Shown here piece after piece: positions 12,101 to 23,200 of a stretch of DNA of 64,000 nucleotides. The notes beneath the pieces are model-generated. The model did not search any database, had not been told where the DNA came from, and worked only from the letters and a program-made list of their open reading frames with translations. The position numbers and the translations under genes were made by a program. Position 1 is the first letter of the stretch. Every line of letters starts with the position of its first letter. This DNA comes from Harriotta raleighana. Lineage: Eukaryota. The stretch spans positions 2,669,016 through 2,733,015 of the forward strand of contig JBNZDD010013618.1 in the NCBI GenBank assembly GCA_050575255.1, given 5' to 3'.

Positions 12101-14176
12101 GTCTAACTTTCCAAAAGACTCCTTTGATTTATCAATAGATATTAACCCTGGAGTAAAGGGAGAGGTGGGAGAAACTTCCAAATTTTTACCTCAAAAGATA
12201 AAATGGGTTGTGTAAAGATTACACCTGACCATAGATGAGTAAATTGACTTTTTACATTCATCTCTTTCTTAGGAGATTACAATAACAATCTAAATGTTTT
12301 TCAGCGAACTGGAGAGATGAAAAATGCTGAAACAGTGAAGCAATTCAATTTTCCAGTAAGTATCAACAGATTCTCACAAGGTTGATATCAAGCAGATTAC
12401 TTTTGCCCCATTTACTGATTGTTAGCTTGTCGTGTTGAAACTAGCTATCCCCCAGTTCCAATCACATTTCTCTAATGGTTCAAAAATAGATTCTAATTGA
12501 TCACTTATCAGAGATTACACAGCAACTGTTTTGAATGGTCTGAACAGTGTTTCTTAATTAACCAGCGAATGTTTTACTTTCAGTTAGTGGGAAAGAATGA
12601 ACATTCCAGTCAGATTCCAGTTATAAATCATGCCTTCTTCTTTCACCCTGGCCGAAAAGCTCAATGGGGATTAAAGGAAGATTCCACAGAAAAAAGGAGA
12701 GAAAAAGAATCCTCACAATGTAGAAGCAATTATAGAAACACTGGTAAGTTGTCAATCGCTTCTGCACCATTCAAATGCTTCAGTTACTTCTGAGGGGCTT
12801 TTTGAGTAGTTAAATGTATAATGTACAATGAAGTACTTTGTCAGGATGGTTGGTGGTACCTCTAGCCTCTGAGATGTAAGGCTGTGGGTTCAAACCCCTT
12901 GGGAGGACTTTGAGCTCACAATCTAGGCTGACACTCTGAGGCAGTGCTTGGGATTCTCTGTGGTTCAGTGTTAGAGGTGCCATCCTTCAGATGAGCTGCT
13001 AAATTGAGGTTCTGTCTGCATGTTCAGGATGCAAGGAATATTATTACTGGATTACTATAATGTGAAAACATTTATAGAGGTTACATTATATGCAGCGATT
13101 CTCATTTCTTCAACTTTTTTTTCTGTGGTAGAGTTCTATCGTCTTTTTAACTTCACGGTCCTTCCATAGCCTCGCCCCACCCTACCTCTCCAACCTCCTA
13201 ATCCCCTACTAACCTGTCCGCTGCCTCCGCTCGGCAGGCTCCGGCCTGGTCCACGTCCCCTGACCCACCCGCCCCACCATTGGTGGGCGAGCATTCAGCC
13301 ATTCTGCCCCTGGGAATTCCATCCCACAGTCCCTATGCTTCGCCCCCTCCCTGCTCTCCTTCAAGTCCCACCTCAAGAGCCACAATCTTCGACCCCAAAT
13401 CCCACCTTTCCCTCCACCCTCCCCATCCCTGACCAGAGCTTGGGTCTGAAACAATGACTGTCCAGCGCCTTGGGACATCCTCCTGACGTGAAAGGCGCTA
13501 TACAAGTGTAATTTTGTTGTTGTTGTTAAGTTTAAAGAATGTTAACAGCTATTTAAATAATAGGTGTCCATTCAGGGTGCTGTTGAGAAAGTTAATTTCT
13601 AGAGGCTCCAGACTACCACCAGCAGGAAGTTAATATCATTGCAGCCAGAATGTAATAACACGATCGTATACTGTACTGTCCATAATTGTTTATTTGTGAC
13701 TAAATAATTTCCTAATAATTATAGATTAACTTAATTCTAAATAATTTGAAAAATTCTTTCAATAAATGTATAAATCTCAGATGTTACTCATTTAAAACCA
13801 AACATACACTAATTTAATTTTTACAATCTTTTCATTTTATGGATTTATGCCTGTCTCCTTATTATACCATTTTTACTGTTAAACAATGCATTTGTCCATA
13901 TCTTTTGGGATCGTAAAGATTTGAATAAGAAATATGAGCTTCATCCATCTTGACCATCAATTTGGTTTCTCTTCATAGTAGCCTCTCCAAATCTCAAAAT
14001 ATCATTGTCTATTTATATTCCCATTTTCGTATCATGCACTGTATTTTGTTCAAAGTGCCTGTAAAAATAGATCAAAAAATGGTTTTTGCTCCACAGATGC
14101 CACATTTGGATTGGAGGACGACTTGCCTGGCAATAGCTCGAAGAGAAACGGAATAATGGCAAATAATGAAAGATAA
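190..14176 (+). CDS. Cytosolic carboxypeptidase (CCP/AGBL family, M14D tubulin deglutamylase, CCP1-3-like); 5'-truncated by the window edge, multi-exon
   Basis: Phase-compatible GT-AG exons: 190-304 (RCSLSAKDLNRNYRHP), 840-983 ([21 protein letters not shown]), 1430-1575 (DPDMFDWNSCKFHIHKCKESTGRVVMHRQLGLNDSFTLEASFSG), 3653-3751 (HHFNIQDYMSIGEKFCKGIMDY), 5549-5703, 6957-7057, 8237-8376, 9624-9774, 10636-10755, 12305-12355, 12584-12743, 14097-14176 (TAA). DLNR, DxHGHS and FTLE are the M14 substrate-binding, third Zn ligand and catalytic Glu motifs. Exons after about 10.8 kb are less certain. No symbol is given because orthology to AGBL2, AGBL3 or AGTPBP1 is unclear. Confidence 0.9.
1640..2000 (-). 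mobile_element. CR1-clade LINE 3' end fragment
   Basis: AATCATAGAAATTTACAGCTCAGAAGGAAGCCATTC is the reverse of a CR1-type 3' tail. A related tail lies at about 8495-8590. Confidence 0.55.
2940..3015. repeat. 21-bp tandem repeat, about 3.5 copies
   Basis: ATCACATCAAATCTCTTAAAA-like unit. Confidence 0.8.
9312..9551 (+). mobile_element. tRNA-derived SINE with an internal deletion
   Basis: GTAGGTCAGTGGTTAGAGCA, GGGTTCAATTCG, tail AATGCAAGGATTATT. Many 5'-truncated tails of this family also occur (about 700-790, 7480-7635, 8800-8930, 15475-15645, 18345-18540, 18955-19060, 20900-21100, 60795-60850). Confidence 0.7.
9844..10406. mobile_element. Non-autonomous Tc1/mariner-pogo (Tigger-like) DNA transposon (MITE)
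   Basis: Terminal inverted repeats CAGTTAACACTTGTCGA / TCGACGAGAGTTAACTG, flanked by TA at 9842-9843 and 10407-10408. CpG-rich interior; no transposase ORF. Confidence 0.85.
12850..13030 (+). mobile_element. Deu-domain SINE (AmnSINE1/SacSINE1-like) remnant
   Basis: GTGGGTTCAAACCCC..AATCTAGGCTGACACT..AGAGGTGCCATCCTTCAGATGAG..TAAATTGAGG..TGTCTGC resembles the Deu domain as recalled. Confidence 0.6.
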
Positions 14177-14717
14177 GAAAAAATAGAACGCAGAGGTTTA
14201 TTGTGTAGAAACACATTATTAGATGTAAAATACAGTGTGTCACAATGAGATCCACATTTACAGCGCTTTGGGACGTCCTCCCAACGTGAAAGGCGCTATA
14301 CATGTGTAATTTTGTTGTTGTTGTTGTTGTACATGTCCCCTGGTTATATATGATTAAGAACAAATGGATCATACAGTAGTTTTGTCTAGCTCGCTTGACT
14401 GAGAATGAATATTGGGTGATTTATATTCTTATCGTTATGGTTCGTTAACAAAACAATACAAAACTGAACATCATTTACCCTTATAAAAACAGAAATAAAG
14501 ATAAGAAAAACAAAATTGCATCTACATAGCATCTTTCATGCTAGAAGGACATCTCAAGGTGCTGGAGTGAATAAAAGCTTCAAATGATTGCTTTGCATAT
14601 GTAGTATTTACTTGGAAGTTTCAAAAGAATGAGATCTTTGAAAGGTAGAAAATAATTGATGTTCATATTCTGTTTTTAGAAAAATGATAATTTGATTCAA
14701 AATATGATATTGCGCAG

Positions 14718-17700
14718 ATTCATCCCTGGGATTCCTAACAGGGAGCCCCAATTAGAGAGAGGCTTCAAGCAAAAGCTAAACACCTCCCATTGGAAAGAAT
14801 AGAAATATGATCAGATGGCTGGCTGGTAACATTTTAGTCTTTTAAAAAAAACAATGGCTCTGTATTTTCATAAAAATAATACTGATAATACAGTACATAC
14901 TCTTTAACTTTCATCTGCACTAAGCAGCCCAATGAAATTATGAACCAGGGTTTTCATGAAAGATTAAGTAAAAGTATTTTTTAAAATAAAACATTGAAGA
15001 GGAAATATAAAGCTTCATTGAAGATCTGATTCTGTTGGAAAACAGCAGAATTTGAGTCCTGTCAATAGTTGGTTTAAAGTGGTTTCTGGACAGAAACTTC
15101 CAGTCCACACTTTAAAAAAGAATCAATTATTTGATCCAAAGCCTCTTCAAAATTGTTCTACTGTCATCTTGAATATTCACTTAGTATTATTGAACCAATA
15201 CATTATAATGAACTCCAAAGGCAGTGTTTGTTTAGCAGTGCACAGAAAATTGGTCAAGTTAAACTAGTATCCTATTTTTAGTTTAGGCTGCACAAATATA
15301 CCGTTCTCCACAATTGGAAGCATGGAAAATTCTTCAGGCTCAATCATTGTTCCAAAGTCAGAAAACAGTGGAATATCAGAAAAGAGAAAAAAAATCAGAT
15401 TGAATTGATGGCAAAATATTTTTCACCCCAATCTCTACGCACTTGCAACATGTATTGATATCCAGTGTAAAAATAATAACAATAATCCTTGCAATTGATA
15501 TAGCGCTTTTCACTTCTTCCAGACGTCTCAAACCAATTCACAGCATATACTGTGGTGAATCAACTGTATATTAGTGGGCAAAATACGGCAGCTGTTTTGC
15601 ACACAGCGGTGTCCCGCAAATAGTCATGGATTGAAATGACCAATTTTTTTTTAGACATAATTTCAAATGAAGTCTGAACTTCCTTTGTTGTCCACAGTAT
15701 TCAAAAAAACAAGCCTCCCAAGCCAGCCTTTGCCATTGATACTAAAACTAAAAACGAAGGTTTCAAGTAATGCAATTTACAAAGATCATGCCCCACGATT
15801 TCCATTCTTTCCACTAACTTAGTCAAACAGGTCAGTATATTACAATTTATTTTATTTTACGCACTCTAACCATGCAAAACAAGAGTCGAGATGCTATTAA
15901 TAACACAATTACAGTACCATTATTACTGTGCAGCTGAACTGGGGAGGAGTGCAATGTGAATACAGTAATGTGATCGTGAATAATCAAGGCTGTCTCATGC
16001 TCTTAGTCGAGAGTCAGATCACACTGATGGCATTGAGACATCTAGAACACGTGAAAAGCACTGTATCAAATGCAAGGATTATTCTTATATTGTTTTATAA
16101 ATCTGTTGCAATTAACATGCATTTCTGCCAGCTCATGTAATACTTTGGCTGTGTGATGTTTTGACTAGTGTTTAGTCTATAATTAACATTACATTCTTTC
16201 AAAATTGATTCTGATGTAAAGCAGGTTTGTATTCTACAGAAAACCTTTTTTTTAATCTAACAGCTGTCCAGACTAAGTATTCCTGTAATACTTCTCAAGG
16301 CTACCTCGAAGTTGCCGCCAGGGTAATTTAATGAATTTGAATTACAATGACATAACCAGCACCGGCTTGGTTTTATCCAAGGGTGTACGGTGTTGATCAA
16401 TTTCCTGCCTTAAACTACACAAGGTGGGATAATGGGAGAATTCATTGAGAATCAATGCTGAAATGAATTGACTGCCCAGTGTATTAAAGCACAGAGTAAT
16501 TTAAAAAAATGATACACCAATCACTGGTTTGGCTGAATATGAGACCTGAGTTTGATTCCCAGCAGTACAAAATGTGAGGCAAGTTTCCTTACTCCACACA
16601 TTTCTATTTACCTGGTAGTAAGTAGGAATCTGGTTGTTAGATTGGCGGATTGCTTTTCCAGGGATATTAATGCCTTAAAAAAATCTATCTACATCTGTGT
16701 GTGGGACACTGCTGTACATAATTGGCTGCCATGTTTCGTCCACAAAATAGTCAATTCATTTTATAAAATATTCTGTGAAGCGCTTTGAGATCTCAAAGAT
16801 GTGATAAGACGCTATATCAAATGCAAGGATTATTATTATTACTACTACTATTATAGTGTATACTCCTATCCCATGCATGTAGACTACTAAACACAGGCCT
16901 GTAAAAATTACTCAAAGGCCACATGTATACAAAGGTCACTTTGGTCCAGTCCCCCATGTGTTCAGTAAAAACAGATTTGACTGTAATTTTTCTCTAATGA
17001 GAAAATTCCATTCATCTTATCAATTAGGGATACCTCCTTCTAAACTGTACTCGAGACCCCCCCCACTTCAACCATACCTTCAGTCACCATCCTACCTCTT
17101 TGTCCTCCCTCATTCCAACGCTGCCCATGACCATCCCCCAAGCTTTGGTCTTGACCCCTGACTGTTCAGCACCTTGGGACGTCCTCCTGACATCAAAGGC
17201 GCTCTACAAATGTAATTTTGTTATTGTTGTCACATCTAACATGAAGAGGAAGGTCCTTGATGCATCCCTGAGCAGTTGCGCTCAATACTAATTTTCCCCC
17301 AGTAACGTGGCTAACAGTTCCAAGAGAAAAAAAATGCTTGTTCACCTCCAAGGTTACTTTTACAGTAAAATCCTGTGAAGTGCTTGGAGCCTCAATAGCA
17401 AATGCAAGGATTATTACCCAGAATTAGAGTTTTTAAATGGGCCTGGCGATAGATCCCGAATAGCCTGAATCTGGGAAATTAATGGTGCTGCCTGGGTACA
17501 CAGACCCTGCCAAAAGATTGCTTACTAAAGACAAAATGTATATGGATTTGACTTTTCATTATTAGATATTGGTATTACATTTGAAGACCTATTAGTCTTC
17601 ATCTAAATAAGGGTTAGGTGCAATATACATTTACATCTGAAGGATGTCTCTAAAGTGCTTTATATTGGGAGTCCTGTAGCTCACTGGTTAAAGCACAAGC

Positions 17701-18873
17701 CTTCCGTGCAAGAACCTGTGTTCGAATCCAGGCAGGGCAAAACCTTGAACAAGTTTCCTTGCACCACACACCTAATAATCCCTCAAAAAACATCACAATT
17801 GGTCATGTCAATTCACGACTGCTTGTGGGACACTGCTGCGCGCAATTGGCTGCCGCGGTTTGCCCACAAATATAGTCACTTCACTTTACAGTATATTCTG
17901 TGAAGCTTGTTGAAATGTCTAGAAGTCATATCAAATGCAAGGATTATTATTATATATTGTCAGCTGAGTAGGTGGAGCTGAAAAGGGTAGGTTGTGAAAA
18001 GATTACCGAAAACCCAATCAAAAAATACAAGATTTAAGACAGGCTTCAAAATTAGCAAGATCAAAGGGATAACTGTTCGTTAAGATGCACTTTTCTTCTC
18101 AGTATCTACCATATATTTGTTCAAAAGGTAAATCTGTAGAGATGACCAAATCGAGGCAACACCATTTTCTGCAGAAAATATTTCCTATGTACAAATTCAA
18201 AGCAGCACTGCAGATGACCTGGAAGTCTTCTTTATGATGTGATACATTATGACCTTCATTAAAAAGTAACAATCCAGACTTTTGAGGTACAAGCTCAATA
18301 TATTGAACTGAACCAGTGGAATTATATTCCTTAACGCCTAATAATAATCTGTCCGAAAAAAAACACAATAATAAAATTGGTCATTTCAATCCACACTGTT
18401 TGTGGGACACTGCTATGCGCAATTGGCTGACGTGTTTCACCACAAATATACTGTCAATTCACTTCACAGTGTATTCTGTGAAACGCTTTGAGACATCTAA
18501 AGACGTAAAAAGCGCTACATCAAATGCAAGGATTATTATTAAGTCATGCAATAGTTTAATCAATAATTTTCATTATAGACAGTTAAAAGTTGCTGAGACA
18601 ATGGCACAAAGTTTCAGAATTGAATTTGTGTGGTATATAAATGTGTAGTCAATATACTGAATTAAACAAAGTTAAATTTTATTTTCATATATTAAACTAT
18701 TTTTTGACATTTTATTTTCATTATTCCAACAATTCATTGCATTGCATTTTTCAGGTGGAGTACAACCGACTTCTAGTCATGTATACAACATACCCATGTG
18801 CAGAAAAGGATGCTGTAGCAGTTTCTGCAGACTTCATTAATGAGAACAAATTTCATTTTTAATTAATAATAAA
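14718..18873 (+). other. Further exon-like segments of the CCP gene (alternative C-terminus or 3' UTR/decayed exons) and a candidate poly(A) signal
   Basis: Polypyrimidine-AG acceptors precede 14718, 15287, 15698, 16264, 18103 and 18755, with donors after 14825, 15830, 16322 and 18127. The path 12743>16264-16322>18103-18127>18755-18840(TAA) stays open. AATAAA at 18868-18873. Confidence 0.4.
17668..17952 (+). mobile_element. tRNA-derived SINE, full length
   Basis: GTAGCTCACTGGTTAAAGCAC, GTGTTCGAATCC, core, ATT tail. Confidence 0.8.
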
Positions 18874-20268
18874 ACTTTCAAATGAAATCAAATGCAGTCA
18901 TCTAACTTAAGTTATAAATATCAAAACTTAGAAATTTGAACTTTTTCTACAGTTCTGCGATTCGCCCACATATATGGTCTATTTCACTTTACATTCTGTG
19001 AAGCGCTTTGAGATGTCTACAAGATGTGAAAAGCACTATATCAAATGCAAGGATTATTATATGCAAGGATAGTGCTATGTATTCCCTCCAAAGTTCAAGT
19101 TAGATAACAAACACATTATCACAGTTAAACAATTTTAGACGAGGGATCATTTTGCCTAGAAGGAAGACCTTTATTATAACAACATAAAAATTACATTTGT
19201 ATAGCGTCTTTCACGCCGGCTGGACGTCCCAAGGTGTTGAAATGTAACTCCTACATGAGAATACCAATCACAAACTTAATCAGTTGAGCCATTTAGATTT
19301 CAACCTTTAGCCATAGGAGTTACAATATGGCAACCCTAGTCAAAGATGACGTGGAATTTGTTCACTGTGGCAGAACTGCAAGTGACTTTGAAAATGTTAC
19401 CAACATTGTATTAATGAACTGGTAAAACAATCCTACATTTGTGAACAAAATACTGCATGCACTGACTTATTTCTTTCAGACTATTCATATTCACTTAAAT
19501 CACCACCAGGCTCTACAGAAAAGATATATGCAGTTGTGAAATGCAATCACCATAATCAGGAAAACTGAAATAACTTACTTCAGTTTTACCATAGCACATC
19601 TGGTGCAGTTTAACTTCAATGAATAGCTTGTAAAAGTGACAAAACCATACACACACACAAAATCAAAACATTTCTTCATAACTCGAGGTTTCTCTGGAAT
19701 TTCAGTTTATTCTTGTCCTCTGCTTCAGTTTGGTAAGGTTTAATAAACCAGACTGAAATGTCTAAGGCAATTGCTCTATACACCAAAGACTGGAGGGAAT
19801 GAGGTTGGAACCATGAATAGATCTTAGTGCACAGTGTATTCTTAAGTCACACACTCTTTGGCAGGGGGAACATTAAATTGAGACAAAAATACAAACTCGG
19901 TATAATATGTATCTAAACGTGCCTGCTGAGGAAGAAAATAATATTATTTTTAGATGAGATTGCAGTATTTTAAAAGATTCTCTTCACATATAAGAGTTCA
20001 AAAAATATCTGAGAATAAATCTGCAAGCATTAGGCCATTCTTCCAAATAAATACACAAGCAGTCTAAATCAGAACTGTATTTTTTATATCTGTATTCAAT
20101 CAAAATGAGAAAAAAAGCATAAATGAAGTAATCACTCAAGTCACAAGAGCAGGATAGAAGTTTCATAAATCCATGGCACCGGTCCAGCGATCTGTTCTTC
20201 ATCAATGAGCATTTTTGGCAGGCCTGCATATCTTCAGTTTTAACTGTCCATGCAATATAATTTGGGTT

Positions 20269-23200
20269 TTACATGAAGTCATCAGAGTCATAACCAACAT
20301 CCTAGACAGAAAGAAAAAGAGGTAAACACTCAATCCATACAAATGATTTGTCCATACAGTATACTACTCATTTAACCTGTGTAAAATTCAAAATAATAGT
20401 GGAAGCCACTTTAGCCGGATAGTGGGTAAATCAGACAAAACGATGGCTCCTGAATCATTTATATTCTGAGCTATTCTAAATATGACAATTAATCTGGACA
20501 AACTACCAAGTTGGTCCCAATGGATCTACTCACTCTATCTAATGTTTCAGCCACGATGGGAAGTCAAATTGCAATTGATTGACAATAGAGTCCAGCCATT
20601 TACAAGCAGGTCTGGGGTTGGCAATCAGTGAGGATGGAGGGGGGCAGAGAAATGGGGAAGAAACAAGAAGGGAATGGGAGGAGTCAAATTGTGACTGATT
20701 GACAGCCTGGATCCACTTGTGAATGGATAGAGTGCTCAGATTATCAATCACCTTGGAGCCGCTGCTAATTGGTCACCTTCCCGTCCAATGAGAATGGGAG
20801 GGAGGAGGCTCAGTTGATGCTCCTCTGCCGGATGGAAAATGGTGGGAAAAGCTTTGTACCTGCTCATCCTGTACAAAATTGCTGACATGTCTGGCTGAAT
20901 AACAATCCCTCATAAAAACAACAACAAAATTGGTAATTTCAATCCATGACTGTTTGTGGGACATTGATATGCGCAATTGGCTACTGTGTTTCACCCACAA
21001 ATATACAGTGAATTCACTTTACAGTACATTTTGTGAAGGGCTTTGAGATGTCTAGAAGATGTGAAAAGCATTATATCAAATGCAAAGATTATTATTATTA
21101 AGTTTCTCTTTTGAAACACCTTCTAGTCTAGATCCAGAGTACTTAACTGATAAATAGCACAACAAAACGCAGTGTAGTAAATCCTGTGAAGCACTGTGAG
21201 ACGTCCTCCCACCATGAAAGAAGTTATCTAAATGTAGTTAATTATCAGTTCTATTAACAAGTGCCTATCTTTGGAAGAGCTGAATGTACCATAAAAGTCT
21301 TATCCTCTAATTGCCTAAATCATACATTCAACCAAGTCCCATTCCGTTTCCTATGAAGACCATTTAAGATTTCTTTGCACTACTCATATTAATCACTTCC
21401 TAAATCATAATGCTGCTTCCCTACCCTCCAGTACTCCTGCACTTATTGATTGTATTGAATTAGGAAAATGTCCACCCATGTGCACTTACTGTCCGGCAGC
21501 ATTACATCACAAGAAATTAATATGCAAAATGCAGTCACACCAACAGCAGAATTTCCATACCTGATTGGTACTCATGTTTTCAGATTTCATAAGGGAAGAA
21601 TAACTTCTACAGAGTTAAGAAAAAAAGGCAATTAGCCAAAAAATTAACAAATATTTAAATTTGCATTGTAAATACATAATAAATTTCAACAATTTGGTCA
21701 GTTTCAGACATTTCAAAATATACAACAACAACTTCAATTTATATAGCGCCCTCCACACCGGATGGCATCTCAGAGCGCTTCACAATAGCAGATCCCGGGA
21801 CTGAGCTTGGGGCAGGGGCAGAAAGATGACCAAAAGCGCGGTAGAAGAGAAAAATATAATTAACTAGTAAGATTAATGAATTAAGATCAAAGACTAAGTT
21901 CTATTTTGTTCAATATTCTCATTAAATTATATCTTCACAAATGAAATAGAAGGATTATTATTATAAAATACCATTTTGAAAACCATTCCAAGGTACCTCA
22001 GTGTTTTCTAATTTAAAAAAATCATTATAAACTCAAATGACTGCCATAACTGGTCTCCTTGTAGGAGGCAAGGGACTCTGGAACAGAGTGACTCCAGGAT
22101 GGATTTCCAGAAAGTGTGAAGGCCGAATCGCAGATGGTGGAGCAGGAACGGTGGGGACCATGAACAGGGTAGTGCCCACCTATTGGTGAGCAGACTGCTT
22201 GGTAAAGTTTTAGTAGGTTGCAGGATAGGGATCAAGACCGTGGAGGGTTTTAGAGTTGAGGATGAGAGTCTTGGACTCTATCCTCTGGGAGATGGGGAGC
22301 AAATGAAACCAGGTTGAGGATTCAACGGCGGGATGGAATTCCAGAGGTTATGGGCAGAGTGGCTGAAGGTTAGGAGGTCGCAGAGGTAGGGTGCGACAAA
22401 GCCATGGAGGGCTTTGAAGGTGAGGACCAGGATCTTGAATAGAATCCTCCCGAGTGATGGGGAGCTAATTGAGTCAGACAAGAATGGGGGAGCTTGGTGC
22501 GGGAGAGGACACAGGTCAGAGTTCTGGATGAACTGCAGCCTGTGGAACGAGGAGTAGGGAAGGCCAACAAGCAGTGGCCGAACCTGGATGTGATGAAGCC
22601 TGAAGGAGAGTTTCAGCAGCCAGAGGGGTGAGGTAGTGATGGAGTCGGGCAATGTAGCAGAGGTGAGGGAAAATAGAGCGGGTAATGGCTTGAATGTGGG
22701 GGAGGAAAGACAGTTGAGGCACCTAAATTCTTGATTAGCTTTGTGAGGTGGATTGTGCAACCATTAAGGTTGATCCTGCCAGTGCATGATGTGTGAAGGC
22801 GCTGGCGCAAGCCAATCAGGACGGCCTCGAACTTGTTGACATTCAACTGTAGAAAGTTAGCTCTCATCTAGGACTTGATGTCTGACAAGCAATCTGCCAG
22901 GACAGCAGTGGTCCTGGAATCGAGGGCAGAGGCAGAAAGATAGAGTTGGATGTCATCTGCATACATATGGAAGTTGACCCCATGTCAGCAGATGATGTCA
23001 CCAAGGGGAGAATGTAGTTGTTGTCAAGTGTCAAGACATATATATTTCTCACCATCACTGCCAATTTTAAGTGAGTGCCTTTTTGGACTCTCTTAGTCGT
23101 ATGATAACTTACAAGAACTTCATGCTTGGAACTCGCGCTCATTTTGAACTCATTAAGACACACACTGTCATTTTCTAAAGAATCCTTGCTGTGACAAAAA

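Noticed and set aside
12021-12304. Possible additional CCP exon near 12089 and the acceptor at 12272
   Set aside because: Phase-incompatible with the upstream phase-0 exon (in-frame stops). The acceptor before 12305 gives a consistent frame, though an unseen small exon cannot be excluded.
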